A DNA stretch of 64,000 nt from Spirochaetales bacterium (GCA_027021365.1 JALUUM010000022.1:19150-83149), one strand, 5' to 3'. Counted from the stretch's first letter, positions 1-10,462 are shown. Program-made: numbers and translations. Notes: generated from the letters alone by a model not told the origin.

Positions 1-3000
1 CTTTCGAAAGGTGCCATGAGCCAAGGATTTCCGAAGCTTTGCTATTAAGCTCTTCTACTGTATCAGCAAAAATTCTTCCTTCGGCTATGGAGTTAAGCGT
101 AAGCTTTAACTTGTATGAATAGTGAAACACCTCGGCATCCATGGCAGACGGAAGCAGGGCATTCAGCCATTCTGATTCAATATCAGCAAGACTGCTCTTG
201 CCTGTAGCAAGTTCATTGTATAGTTTTGAGGCACTCTCCATGAAATCAAGAAAAGCGGCATTTCCCCCTGCATAGGTATCCTTGAGGTAGTTAGAAATTA
301 GGGACGAGTCCTCTCCTATAGCAGCCTTTCCTGCCGTATCCCAGCTATCCTTGAAGTAACCGAATATTTTATGCGAAGCTGCAAGGTAAGCCTTTTCCTC
401 TTCCTTAAGTGTAAAATTATAAACACTGTCAATGTTGGAATCTGTGAGTGTATAAACACCTGCAGTTTCACTTTCTCCATCGGTGGGAGTAATCTTGCCC
501 CTGTCCTTCGAAATCAAAACGGAAAGCCTTACTAGGTTCAGGCTTTCATCAATTATATCTTCCTTGAAGGCACCCAGTATTCCATTTTCCCTATCACCTA
601 AGTCCAGGGTTTCCAGGTAATTCCCAAAGGCCTCATCGATAGAGGAGGAGTCCAATTTTGCATATTCATCGGTGTTCATTTCAGAAAAGAGTTTCTTTGC
701 AATCCCAAGAGATACTTGGGAAGCCACCGTATCTTTTATGAACTCCGCTGATACATGAGATGTTTTACTGGCAGGTTCTCCGTTGAAAAGCCCGGTAGAT
801 TCGATCTGTTCCAACAAACCGTAGGCATCGAGTAACACCTTTATGCCTGAAGAACCCGAGCGTGCGGAATCGTAAATCGATGTATTCAAATCGTTTTCAA
901 GGGCTTCCAGATTGGAAAGTATCTCGGCAATCGCAGCAGAGGAAGAAGAAGCATCCGAGTTCTCCCTTTCCGCCCCTAACTCAATTCCACCGCTCTTTAG
1001 CACCTTTAACAGAAAGAAACCTGTTACACTATCTGCCAGCTTGTTTATTTCGACCTTTACATATCCGGGAAGGTTTTCGGTAGCCTCATTAAGCTTACTA
1101 CGAAACATCGTAAGCTTCTCTGCAAGATTCTTTCCCGCTGCATTTTCACCAGAGTTCTTCCACAACTCATCCGGCTTATTTATCTTTAGCAAATAATCAG
1201 GCCCTATACTCCCCATCCCGTATTCGGTTAATATCGCATCAACCCTTTCAAGTGCATCCTTTTCAAGCTTCTCCCTTATTCCCGGGACACTTTTCCCATA
1301 CCGGTTCAAGAGGAAAAAGCTGTTCTTCTCGTCGTTCCTCCTGTTCCTTATATCTTTAAAGAGCAGGCCGGATATATCGGTATCCCCTCCAAGTGTCAGA
1401 AAGCTCTTTCCGGAAAAGAAGTCCCTCAGATACCCGCCTTCGCCTACGAGCCCCCGTAGATTTCTCCTTACAGTGTCCTTACCTGTTATAAGGTTTTCAG
1501 TTTTACCAAAAAAATCCAGTATCCTGTCAAGTGCCCCTTCTGTCTCTGAGATTTCATTCTTAAGTTCCTTTAGACCAACCCTTTTCAACACCAGCCTGTC
1601 TGTAATAATCGAGACCGCAATAGCCCGTACCGTATCTTTATTCCCATCAGAGGGATCCGGCAGGCGAGAAAGCCATGAGCTATCGGCTATCTCCTCCTCT
1701 TGCCCGAATAATTCAAAACTGATTCTTTCCACCTCTGCCATTACCTGCTTTTCTACCCTGGCCCTTTTTAAAAAGTACCTGCCATCTGCGCTCTCAGCCA
1801 GGTATTCAATTTTCGCATAGGTATCAGAATCCTTAAGGCCGGCCAGAGCGAGCTCCGATTCGTATTGTTGCAGATTGAGACCGGTATCATTAAGCCATTT
1901 ATCGAGGCTTTTCGAGGTAAGTATTGTTATTTCATTAAAATTGTCTCTGTAATTGTTCTTCTTCAGGTTTGCAGCCTCACTGCATAGGCTCTCGATTTTT
2001 AGTTTTTCAATGCCTTCAAGGGCGCTCTTCTTATCCTTGGAAAGCCCGTCACTACCGGCGCCCGAGGTTTGTAATTCTTCGAGCCTGTCAAATGCCTTTC
2101 GTAGCCTCGGATAAAACACGGGATCATCTATCCCTATTCCCAGGCTATCCAGAATATCCTCGAAATCTTTGTAATTATCTTTCCATGCATTCTTCCAGGC
2201 TTCCGCTTTCCCGGCTAAAGCTTTTAGCTCCGCAAGGGAGGGAAAGCCACCTTCGCCCTTTCTGCCTGTTAAAAGCTCAAATACCCTGTCATTCAAGCTG
2301 TTGTAGAGGTTGTCAAGTTCAAAGAGCCTCGAAGCCGTAAAGTATTCGGTGTATAAACTTTCCTCTGTAGTCTCCTCTCCGCTTTCCGCCTGAAGGCCAT
2401 CTGCCATAAGGCCATGTGCCTTAAGGAGATTCCCGTAAAATCCCGAAATCTGTTTTTTAAAGTAATCTCCGTTTTCTGTTTTCAGCATCGAGAGCTTGAT
2501 ATTGTACTCATCCAATGCCTTTTCAAGTTCCTTCTCCCTCTCTGCAAGTTCAACCTGAATATCTGCAAGCTTTCCCTTGACAGAGGAGAGTGTTTTTCCT
2601 GCCTCTTTCAATTCATCAACTGAATCCTCATACCTCTTTCTTGCTTGCCCGAAATCTGAGAGTGCCTGTTGATACTCTCTGGCAGTCTCAGCCTCTGTCG
2701 GCCTGTTGGAACTCGTATCCCGGGCATAGTTATAAACGGACAGGGCAATATTATACTGTTTGTCCCAGTACTCCTTAATGGCTTTGGCCTTAAGCAGTTC
2801 TGCCTGGTAATTGTCCAGGAAAATTGTATCATTCATGCTGTCAGCATCAATGTTGAGCAGGGGGTCATCTGTGAAAATACCTGCAGAATCAGCGAATCGA
2901 TCGAGACCATCTTCCAGGCCAATTGTGCCAGCGGCGGCAGTACCGGTATCGGTAGCATCGACGGTGTCAGTGCCGGTAGCGCCAACACCAGTGGCGCCAG

Positions 3001-4510
3001 CAGCCCAAACAGCCCCTAAACCCCCGTCAGAGAGTGTTATCCCGTATAGCGATATAAGCTTTTTCTCCGCCTCTTTCCTGTATTGACTGTACTTCTTTTT
3101 AATGGCTTTCCATGATTCGATGTGTGAAGGGCTCTCCGGTGATTTGCTTTCCTTCCAAAACTCTATTGAATCATCCGACTGTTTAATCATATTGGCAGAC
3201 TTTATGTATATTTCTATCAGGCCATCCAACTGGCCGGAGAGGTTGGCAGACCTTGTTCTAATAGCTGTTTCAAGTTCTACCTTGGAATCCTCTATCGCCC
3301 TTGCAAGGGAATCCTCCTTGTCCTGCCAGAGCACGAGCCCCCTGTTTACGATAGAGTTCAGCTCACTCTGCCAATCCTGTTTAGCCCTTACGAGCTCTCC
3401 GTATGCCTTCTTCCACTCCCTTTCTCCCTCTGCAAATGCCTTTCCCGCATTCCTTTCCCATTCCATCCTGTTAAGAAGAAGCTCTTTCTCAGCGCTCTTC
3501 CACTTGTTCATCCCGGCCTCAAAGACCCTTTCAAAATCCTCCCGCCACTTCTCCGCATTTATTTCTCGGCTGGCTTCCAATCCCCTTGTTCTCGTTTGCC
3601 CTTTTGATACCTCAATATTCTTTTTAAGGCTTTCTATTCCAGCTGAAAGGTTCTCCTTTGTATCCTCTATGATATTTTTTGCAACCGATGCTGCACTCCT
3701 GTCCTCGCTCTTCTTCTTAAGCGAAAACTGATCCCTCCTTCTCTTTGCATTGAACCTCTTTTCCTCCATGCGAAAGATTCTGTTCAACTCATTTCTGTAT
3801 GATTTCTTTACAAGCTCCAGTTTTGACGTGAATTGAACATCTATATTGATACTTGACGCGCCGTTACCATCGTTTCCCAACAGGCCGAGCAACTCCCCTT
3901 TCCATGCAGCCCCTCTACCCTCTAGGTTTTCAAGTGCATCGTCCAGGGCTCTCTTAACAAGGGTGTCCCATGCTCTACCATCCTCTTCCAGGTTTTCCTC
4001 TTTTTTTAAAAGTGGGTCGCCTGCAGAGTCGAGCTTAAGGCTTCCGTCCTCGTTGGTTTCAAACAGGTACTGCCTGTTTGCCCTGTTTATTTCCCCGTAT
4101 ATTATCCCGGGATTCAGTATTACCCTTTCATTGAAGAATTTATCTATAAGCCAATCCTTAAATCGTACCTTTACTATGGTATCGAGAGTGTATTGAAGTT
4201 GATTTTTATTATTTTCAATCAGCTCCTCATCTCCGGGTAAATCAATTGTCAAAAGATATTCCTCCTCCCATCTGGCAGTAACGATCTCTACACCCTGCCT
4301 GGCTATTCTCTGCCATTCCTCTCTGCTCCGGGAGAGATCTGCCCTGTCCAGGTATATGTTGAGGCTTTTCTTATCAAATCCATCGGGAAGGTTAGTGCCA
4401 AAGTCATCCGCTGCAATAAGCCAGGTGAAGTTTAAAAGAATAAGAGCAGCAATGAATCTGTTGAAAAGGATATGAGCAGTAAAAACTTTTTTTATTTTAC
4501 CACTTTTCAT
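1..4510 (-). CDS. Giant secreted coiled-coil protein, N-terminal >1500 aa only (3' end of the gene lies beyond the window start); hypothetical
   Basis: ATG at 4508-4510 on the minus strand, followed by a signal-like N-terminus (MKSGKIKKVFTAHILFNRFIAALILLNF...). The minus-strand frame stays open to position 1. The sequence is rich in K/E heptad-like coiled-coil segments, with a low-complexity GATGVGATGTDTVDATDTGTAAAG stretch near 2930-3000. The plus-strand ORFs in the track between 862 and 4196 are shadow ORFs of this gene. Confidence 0.6.
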   Translation of the reverse strand, partial: MKSGKIKKVFTAHILFNRFIAALILLNFTWLIAADDFGTNLPDGFDKKSLNIYLDRADLSRSREEWQRIARQGVEIVTARWEEEYLLTIDLPGDEELIENNKNQLQYTLDTIVKVRFKDWLIDKFFNERVILNPGIIYGEINRANRQYLFETNEDGSLKLDSAGDPLLKKEENLEEDGRAWDTLVKRALDDALENLEGRGAAWKGELLGLLGNDGNGASSINIDVQFTSKLELVKKSYRNELNRIFRMEEKRFNAKRRRDQFSLKKKSEDRSAASVAKNIIEDTKENLSAGIESLKKNIEVSKGQTRTRGLEASREINAEKWREDFERVFEAGMNKWKSAEKELLLNRMEWERNAGKAFAEGEREWKKAYGELVRAKQDWQSELNSIVNRGLVLWQDKEDSLARAIEDSKVELETAIRTRSANLSGQLDGLIEIYIKSANMIKQSDDSIEFWKESKSPESPSHIESWKAIKKKYSQYRKEAEKKLISLYGITLSDGGLGAVWAAGATGVGATGTDTVDATDTGTAAAGTIGLEDGLDRFADSAGIFTDDPLLNIDADSMNDTIFLDNYQAELLKAKAIKEYWDKQYNIALSVYNYARDTSSNRPTEAETAREYQQALSDFGQARKRYEDSVDELKEAGKTLSSVKGKLADIQVELAEREKELEKALDEYNIKLSMLKTENGDYFKKQISGFYGNLLKAHGLMADGLQAESGEETTEESLYTEYFTASRLFELDNLYNSLNDRVFELLTGRKGEGGFPSLAELKALAGKAEAWKNAWKDNYKDFEDILDSLGIGIDDPVFYPRLRKAFDRLEELQTSGAGSDGLSKDKKSALEGIEKLKIESLCSEAANLKKNNYRDNFNEITILTSKSLDKWLNDTGLNLQQYESELALAGLKDSDTYAKIEYLAESADGRYFLKRARVEKQVMAEVERISFELFGQEEEIADSSWLSRLPDPSDGNKDTVRAIAVSIITDRLVLKRVGLKELKNEISETEGALDRILDFFGKTENLITGKDTVRRNLRGLVGEGGYLRDFFSGKSFLTLGGDTDISGLLFKDIRNRRNDEKNSFFLLNRYGKSVPGIREKLEKDALERVDAILTEYGMGSIGPDYLLKINKPDELWKNSGENAAGKNLAEKLTMFRSKLNEATENLPGYVKVEINKLADSVTGFFLLKVLKSGGIELGAERENSDASSSSAAIAEILSNLEALENDLNTSIYDSARSGSSGIKVLLDAYGLLEQIESTGLFNGEPASKTSHVSAEFIKDTVASQVSLGIAKKLFSEMNTDEYAKLDSSSIDEAFGNYLETLDLGDRENGILGAFKEDIIDESLNLVRLSVLISKDRGKITPTDGESETAGVYTLTDSNIDSVYNFTLKEEEKAYLAASHKIFGYFKDSWDTAGKAAIGEDSSLISNYLKDTYAGGNAAFLDFMESASKLYNELATGKSSLADIESEWLNALLPSAMDAEVFHYSYKLKLTLNSIAEGRIFADTVEELNSKASEILGSWHLSK

Positions 4511-4618
4511 ATTTATTAATCCATAGTATATTTTTCACAATATGTCAAGGAAAATCGTAATTTTGCATCATATAGTTATTATCAATTATCCATATAGTAT
4601 AATGATATAGAGATAATT

Positions 4619-5308
4619 ATGTACAGTATAAGAAGTTGTATAAAAATATTCATGATAATCCTTGTGTTTTCCGGTCTTTTGGAGTGCAGTAGAATAAATT
4701 TTTTTAAAAAAAATATTCCGGATGAAGCCATTTCAAGGTATCTCTCTGCAAAAAAAATCTATGAAAATGGTGATTTTTTATCTGCTTCAGGTGAATTTGG
4801 GTCAATTTATGAAGAGTATCCTTACTTCTACCAGGCAGGTTTCATGTACGGAAAATCGCTCTTCTTTATGGAGAAAACAGATGATTCCAGGGGCATCTTT
4901 GAAAAATTATACAAAAAATTCCCCGCCTTCACAGACGCAGGTTTCTGGCAGGCACGCACATTATACAGCTTAGGGAAATTAGACGAGGCGGAAGAGCTTC
5001 TCCGTAGACTCTTGAGTTATCAGCATGACAACCCGGAGTTTCTCTATATGCTAGCCCTTATCAGCCTTGAAGAGGATAGAGTTCCGGATGCAATATCATT
5101 TTTAAAGAAGGCTTCTCTTTTCGGAGAGAGGTTTGCACTTGTCTATTTCCAGTTGGGTAGATTGTACGGCCAGCTGGGATTGAAGAGTGAATCACTTAAA
5201 GAGCTATCAAGGGCGAAGGTTCTTCTGTCAGAAGATAGCAATCTTTCTGGTTCGATAGAATCCATAGAAAAAAAAGTCTCTTCGGAGGTTTATAGCGGAA
5301 AAAGGTAG
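4619..5308 (+). CDS. TPR-repeat protein with an N-terminal signal/TM segment
   Basis: 229-aa ORF. It has a hydrophobic N-terminus and several TPR-like helices (YFYQAGFMYGKSLFF, FWQARTLYSLGKLDEAEELL, YFQLGRLYGQLG). It is transcribed divergently from the giant gene, across an AT-rich intergenic region. Confidence 0.55.
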   Translation: MYSIRSCIKIFMIILVFSGLLECSRINFFKKNIPDEAISRYLSAKKIYENGDFLSASGEFGSIYEEYPYFYQAGFMYGKSLFFMEKTDDSRGIFEKLYKKFPAFTDAGFWQARTLYSLGKLDEAEELLRRLLSYQHDNPEFLYMLALISLEEDRVPDAISFLKKASLFGERFALVYFQLGRLYGQLGLKSESLKELSRAKVLLSEDSNLSGSIESIEKKVSSEVYSGKR

Positions 5309-5311
5309 GTT

Positions 5312-5896
5312 ATGAAAAAGATATTTATTATTGAAGCTGTTGTAATTTTCACTTTGTCTCTCGGATTTATCTCTTGCAGTTCACTTGGAATGCCGGCAAA
5401 AAGGGTAGAGGTTTCTTCATTCCACGAGGTAACACCTCCTTATGTTTTTCTTGTAAAGAGTATTAGCATTATTGATAAGGATGGCTTTTCTACCGGGGAG
5501 AGTTTTATAAAAGATTATCTTATAAGCACTGGTTACAAATACGGTTTTCGGTTTGTCTTCCCCAAAGCTAAAGGCGAAGCTGATACTTCAGAAGCTGAAA
5601 AATCTACCCCGTATCTTCTGGATCTTCTTATCAAAGAAAAGGGTTTTCAGGAAGGGCTAAAGGAACTTACATCGATAAGTGCCACATTGCATATATACAG
5701 AAACACGGGGACCAAACAGGAACACGGTGTTTTGGAACCGTTACTCTACCAGGTTGTGCTGACTGAGGAATCAAACGTCTCCATAGATTCCTACGGCAAG
5801 CTTTTCAAGGTGGTAAACGAAATCTTTGGCAAACTGCATCGCGAACTTAAGAAGGAAAAGTCCAAATCTACCGGGAAGCCGGGGAAAGGAAAATAG
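5312..5896 (+). CDS. Lipoprotein, hypothetical
   Basis: 194-aa ORF with a signal peptide and lipobox (LSLGFISCSS). It starts 4 nt after the TPR gene stop and ends in a Lys-rich tail. Confidence 0.5.
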   Translation: MKKIFIIEAVVIFTLSLGFISCSSLGMPAKRVEVSSFHEVTPPYVFLVKSISIIDKDGFSTGESFIKDYLISTGYKYGFRFVFPKAKGEADTSEAEKSTPYLLDLLIKEKGFQEGLKELTSISATLHIYRNTGTKQEHGVLEPLLYQVVLTEESNVSIDSYGKLFKVVNEIFGKLHRELKKEKSKSTGKPGKGK

Positions 5897-5937
5897 CTGA
5901 TATTATTGTAGTAATTCCTAAGGCCAGAGGACGGCAA

Positions 5938-7383
5938 ATATCAATTTTACTTCTCTTTTTCTTTAGCTTTATTCCCGTTATTGCTGATGATCAATTTGAA
6001 ATTACAATCGACGATGCACTAAAGTTAGCCGTAGAGAACTCCTACCAGCTTAAATCTGCAAGGCTGAGGCTACTGTCTGCCAGAGCGGGGTTCGAGGCGG
6101 ACATTCGAAAATTCTTGCCGGCTCTCGGTTTGACATTCGGAAGCAGCGATTCTGTTGTATTGGGAGGTGTGGATACCTATTCAAAACAGTTTACCGTTAA
6201 GTTGAGCCAACCAATAACGGCAGGCGGCAGAAACTACATCGAAAGGACGATTGCAGAGATAAACCTTCTTCTGCAGGAGAAGCAGTTGGTAGAAGAGATG
6301 TACAACCTGCAGGACCGGGTGTGGAAGGCTTTTTACGAGCTTTTGCTTAACAGTGAAAAGCTGAAACTTCAGGAGGATGCATTTGGTATATCGAAAAGCC
6401 AGCTTGGGATTGCAGAGCTCGAGAAAAAGCAGGGAAGCATTACGGAGCTCGAGCTGTTGGAAACGAAAATCGAGGTCAAGAATCTCGAGGTTCAAATTGC
6501 AGACACCAAACTTGGCATAAAGCGCCTTGAATATAACCTGAATAAACTGCTTGGTTTTAAGCAGCTTAAACCGCTGGTGCTCAAGGGCAAGGATTTAAGG
6601 GAGTACGGGGGAATCGATATCGGTAATTCCGCCGATTCCGCTGGAAAACTCTATAAGGCTGCATTGAACAGGTCGCTTGATATCAAGGCTCTCGATTTCG
6701 AACTGACAAAGAGCGAAATGCAGCTTGACCTGGCAAAAAGGCGGTTTATGCCGGCTGTAAATGCAGAGCTTTCATTCAGCGTTTCGGGAAACGGATTTCC
6801 TCTTCAGGAAGCTCGTTACAGCATAGGTTTGAATATTTCTTTGCCGTATGCGGGTACACCTTTGAGCCTTTCGTTGAACTATGGCGAGGATACCACGGGC
6901 AGTCGAAGCCGGAGCAGTTCTACCGAGGTTACCCCTTTTGAGAATGTGAAGGTGTACCTCAACGAGAAACAGAGTGAGCTTGCGGTGAGGGATGCAAATG
7001 AAAGACTTGGGCAATTCAAGGATGAGCTTAAATTCAAGGTAGAGCAGGCTGTTGATTCCTATGAAAGCCTAAGGAGAAAGGTCACTCTTAAACGTGAGAG
7101 CCTTGCACTCGGTATGAGGCGTATCGCTATTTTAAAGAAAAGGTTGGATATCGGGGAGATCAAGAGGCTCGATTATCTTAAGGAGCAGATACGGCTTTCG
7201 GAAGACGGAATTGATTATTTGAATGACGTTTTTTCTCTGCTGATGGCGGAGAGAAATATCGAGAGGCTTGCCGGGCTAAAACCGGGGATGTTAAAGAGAT
7301 ATACTGTGGGTGATGGGGCTGCTGTAAGCGAGGCCGGAGGCGTGGCAGCTGGCGGAGGGGAGAGTGTCAAAGGTGCGAAATAG
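5938..7383 (+). CDS. TolC-family outer membrane efflux protein (OMF) of an RND system; start codon unresolved
   Basis: The reading frame is open from 5851. The conserved OMF N-terminus (signal-like ISILLLFFFSFIPVIADDQFEITIDDALKLAVENSYQLKSARLRLLSARAG) lies upstream of the first in-frame ATG at 6115. There is no ATG/GTG/TTG between 5851 and 6115, so a non-canonical start (ATA 5938 preceded by AGAGGA, or ATT 5902) or a sequence error is implied. Two coiled-coil/beta-barrel repeat halves are typical of TolC. Confidence 0.65.
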   Translation: MSILLLFFFSFIPVIADDQFEITIDDALKLAVENSYQLKSARLRLLSARAGFEADIRKFLPALGLTFGSSDSVVLGGVDTYSKQFTVKLSQPITAGGRNYIERTIAEINLLLQEKQLVEEMYNLQDRVWKAFYELLLNSEKLKLQEDAFGISKSQLGIAELEKKQGSITELELLETKIEVKNLEVQIADTKLGIKRLEYNLNKLLGFKQLKPLVLKGKDLREYGGIDIGNSADSAGKLYKAALNRSLDIKALDFELTKSEMQLDLAKRRFMPAVNAELSFSVSGNGFPLQEARYSIGLNISLPYAGTPLSLSLNYGEDTTGSRSRSSSTEVTPFENVKVYLNEKQSELAVRDANERLGQFKDELKFKVEQAVDSYESLRRKVTLKRESLALGMRRIAILKKRLDIGEIKRLDYLKEQIRLSEDGIDYLNDVFSLLMAERNIERLAGLKPGMLKRYTVGDGAAVSEAGGVAAGGGESVKGAK

Positions 7384-7384
7384 A

Positions 7385-8896
7385 GTGAACCTGAAGTTGC
7401 TGATATGGTTTTTACTGCCTTTGCTTATTCTGTTTTTTGCAGGATGTAGTAAAAGTGCTTCCTCTGATTCTCCTGACGGAACAGGTAATAGGTTGAAATC
7501 CGTAGAGGAAGCAGCGTTAAATGTGGAAGTAATAAGGTTTCAAAAAGAGAAAGTCACTCCGCAATTCTTGAGCTTTGGAAATATATCCTTTAAATCGAAA
7601 ACAGATATTTCCAGTGCGGTAGATGGGGTTGTGAATCGTATCTATAAGGATGTGGGAGAGAGGGTTTTACCCGGGACAATCCTTGCAAGCATAGAGAACA
7701 TCCAGCTAAAGATAGAGGAAAAACGGGCAAAGGCGGATGTGCAGTCTGCGGAAGCTGCGCTCTCGCTTGCCAGGGCTAAACTTTCCGAAGGGGAGCTTCA
7801 AGTAAGGGCGCGTTTTCTTGACCTTGAAAAAAAGGAGCTTCAGATAGAACAGAAGAAAGCAGAGCTCGATGAGCTTAAGAGGATAGTAAAGAACAAGGAG
7901 GACCTCCTGAAGGTGGATGGAATAACGAAGGAAAAACTGGATGCACTTAAACTGCAGTATAAATCTGACCTTGCCGCTTACAATATGCTTTTAAAGGATT
8001 TCAAAATACAGAGCATAGGGCTCACGGATCAGTATATTGAAGAAGCCCTGAGGAATGGTATCTTGAAAGCCGGCAGTGGTTTCACTACCGAAGGAAGTTT
8101 AGCGGCTGAAAGCGATTACGCAGCTGAAAGAGCCTTAAAGGCTAGTGACCCTGAAATACCCAAAGCACCTAAAGCAAGGGAAAAATTGCTCATCCTCCTG
8201 AATACCCGAACGCTTCAGGCAGAGGTAAAGGTTGCAGAGGCAAGGCTAGAAGCAGCTAAGACAAAGCTCTCCTCTGTGGAGACCCTTTTGTCAGAGTTGG
8301 AAGTTAAAGCGGATTCTACTGGTATAGTGGGAGCACGCTATGTAGAGGAGGGGGAAAGGATTAAGGTGGGAACGAAGCTCTTTACCACTTTTGACAGTTC
8401 TACCGTGTATGCCGTTTTCCCAATTCAAGAGGACAAGGCAGGATTTTTAGCTAAGGGGCAGAGTGTGAAAATTACGGTACCGGCTCTTGGAGAGAGAGTT
8501 TTTAATGGGGCGGTAGACATCATTTCTCCAACAATAGACAGCCAGAGCGGGAATGTAATTGTGAAGGCTCTCTTTAAAAACAGATCCAAAAATATGCTTC
8601 CAGGTATGTTTGTAAGGGTCTCCGTGGTAACGGGCAGGCCTGTAGATAAGCTACTCTTACCTCTTTCCTCCATTGTCAAGAAGCAGGCAGGTAATGCGGA
8701 GGTGTTTACAGTTGTGAATGGCAGGGCTTTTTTAAAACGGATAGTAGTCGGGGAAGAGGAGCGCACGGGCTCGACAGAGGAAGAAGCTATGTCCGGTATC
8801 GAAAAAATCGAGGTGAAATCGGGCCTCGAGCAGGGAGAGGTCGTAATTGTAAGGCCGCCCCCGATTTTAAGGGAGGGCATGCTTGTCAAGTATTAA
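7385..8896 (+). CDS. RND efflux periplasmic adaptor (membrane fusion protein, HlyD-like) lipoprotein
   Basis: In-frame GTG at 7385 gives MNLKLLIWFLLPLLILFFAGCSKS (signal peptide + lipobox). The track's 7364 start would overlap the TolC gene. It has long coiled-coil hairpin segments and beta-barrel/lipoyl-like motifs typical of MFPs. Confidence 0.8.
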   Translation: MNLKLLIWFLLPLLILFFAGCSKSASSDSPDGTGNRLKSVEEAALNVEVIRFQKEKVTPQFLSFGNISFKSKTDISSAVDGVVNRIYKDVGERVLPGTILASIENIQLKIEEKRAKADVQSAEAALSLARAKLSEGELQVRARFLDLEKKELQIEQKKAELDELKRIVKNKEDLLKVDGITKEKLDALKLQYKSDLAAYNMLLKDFKIQSIGLTDQYIEEALRNGILKAGSGFTTEGSLAAESDYAAERALKASDPEIPKAPKAREKLLILLNTRTLQAEVKVAEARLEAAKTKLSSVETLLSELEVKADSTGIVGARYVEEGERIKVGTKLFTTFDSSTVYAVFPIQEDKAGFLAKGQSVKITVPALGERVFNGAVDIISPTIDSQSGNVIVKALFKNRSKNMLPGMFVRVSVVTGRPVDKLLLPLSSIVKKQAGNAEVFTVVNGRAFLKRIVVGEEERTGSTEEEAMSGIEKIEVKSGLEQGEVVIVRPPPILREGMLVKY

Positions 8897-8947
8897 GTAT
8901 TAAAAACGCACGGTTGAAAAGGCGCAATTGGGGCGGATTGGTGTAAA

Positions 8948-10459
8948 ATGAAGCTTAAAAACATCATACATTTTGCGGTAGTATTTTTCACTCTCACAGG
9001 ATGTTCGATTGTCGATCTGAGAAGGCTTAATATAACAACAAATCCCAGTACGACCAACCAGATTCTAAAAAGTGATGAATCGATAACCGTTAATTTTGGT
9101 GCAGACGGAATAAGAGAGAAAACATCAGAGCAAGCCGTTACCCTTACCGCGGGAAATGGGCTAGCGGGAATCAGGCTAGGAGGGGGCGGTCTATCGAGAA
9201 ACGGGCAAGTGGGAGGCAGCGTATCGGGAAGCAGCATCACAGGGGGCAGCCTGGAGACGGATTTTGCCTGGGAGGGTTCTGTCTTAACGGTGATTCCCGT
9301 AAGAAAGCTTTATCCCGGCATCCGCTACACATTAACTGTAAAGGGCTTAATAGAGTTGGAAGACGGGCGAAGCTATACGGTAGATTTGAGCATACCCTTC
9401 TACTATGTTTCAAATGGAGAACGTCCCTACCTGGTATCCTTTTCTCCGGTTGATAATGGTATCTGTGAAGTGGACAGTAGCATAAGACTAACCTTCTCAT
9501 CGGAGATTGATAAGAAGAGTTTCGAGGATAACCTTTCAATTAGCCCTTCAATTAAGTACAACCTGGAGTGGGACGAGAATACCGTCTTTGTTACTCCCGA
9601 TGAGGGATGGGAAAACCTTACAAGGTACACATGGACTATTACAGAGGATGTGACGGATACAGAGGGCTTTCCACTTGCAGAGGCCTATTCCCACAGTATT
9701 ATCGTTCAGAATGATACGATACCTCCCGCGATTTCTTCCTTTTATGCAGCCGATTTCACGGGAAACACCCTTACGCCGGGACAGAGTAACCTCAACTATC
9801 TGGCATACAACGATGTGATCTACATGGTTTTTACAGAAGCTGTGAAAGCCTCGAGCCTCTCTTCCGCCTTCCGGATTTCACCGGCATTCGACGGCACGAT
9901 TGCGCAGTACAGCAGCAATGAGTTTCTCTTTTTACCCTACAAGGGATGGGATTTCAAAACTGAGTACACCCTTACGATTGGCACAGATCTGGAGGATTCT
10001 TCCGGCAACAAGACAAGGGAACCTATCAAGGTAATTTTTAAGCCTGATATCCTTATTAATCCCGTAAATGTAATTCAGATTGATGGCAACGGTGACAACA
10101 CATTCTCCGTTAACACCTTCAACTCCGCCGTTTCCATTTCCGCCGATGCGGATGCCTTTGGAAAGTATTCCTTTACCGTCACCTTCGACAATCCCTACGA
10201 CATGGAAAACAGGAGCAGCATAGAGGATGCCATTCAGTGTAGCGCATACTTTCCCGCAAACAGCGAGCCTGTAAGAGACAGCGCTGTCTGGAATGCTTCC
10301 GGCACCAGAGTAACACTCGGCTACACAGGTTTTGTAGCATCGGTTCCTCCGCATGAAGAAAATATTTATAAGCTAACGATTCACGGCGGAACTGCCACAA
10401 TAAACTCGTCGGGAGGCTACATACCGGATGATGTCTATATCTACATAAGGGCGGAGTAG
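8948..10459 (+). CDS. Lipoprotein with tandem bacterial Ig-like (SbsA/Big-type) domains
   Basis: 503-aa ORF with signal peptide + lipobox (FFTLTGCSIV). Repeated ~90-aa beta-sandwich-like modules (e.g. YLVSFSPVDNG...IRLTFSSEID...FEDNLSISPS). It is a paralog of the next gene. Confidence 0.6.
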   Translation: MKLKNIIHFAVVFFTLTGCSIVDLRRLNITTNPSTTNQILKSDESITVNFGADGIREKTSEQAVTLTAGNGLAGIRLGGGGLSRNGQVGGSVSGSSITGGSLETDFAWEGSVLTVIPVRKLYPGIRYTLTVKGLIELEDGRSYTVDLSIPFYYVSNGERPYLVSFSPVDNGICEVDSSIRLTFSSEIDKKSFEDNLSISPSIKYNLEWDENTVFVTPDEGWENLTRYTWTITEDVTDTEGFPLAEAYSHSIIVQNDTIPPAISSFYAADFTGNTLTPGQSNLNYLAYNDVIYMVFTEAVKASSLSSAFRISPAFDGTIAQYSSNEFLFLPYKGWDFKTEYTLTIGTDLEDSSGNKTREPIKVIFKPDILINPVNVIQIDGNGDNTFSVNTFNSAVSISADADAFGKYSFTVTFDNPYDMENRSSIEDAIQCSAYFPANSEPVRDSAVWNASGTRVTLGYTGFVASVPPHEENIYKLTIHGGTATINSSGGYIPDDVYIYIRAE

Positions 10460-10462
10460 TTA

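Noticed and set aside
862-4196. Multiple plus-strand ORFs of 70-210 aa (e.g. 3102-3731, 2669-3019)
   Set aside because: All lie antisense within the continuous minus-strand giant ORF. Their translations are Ser/Leu/Phe-rich, typical of reverse-frame artefacts.
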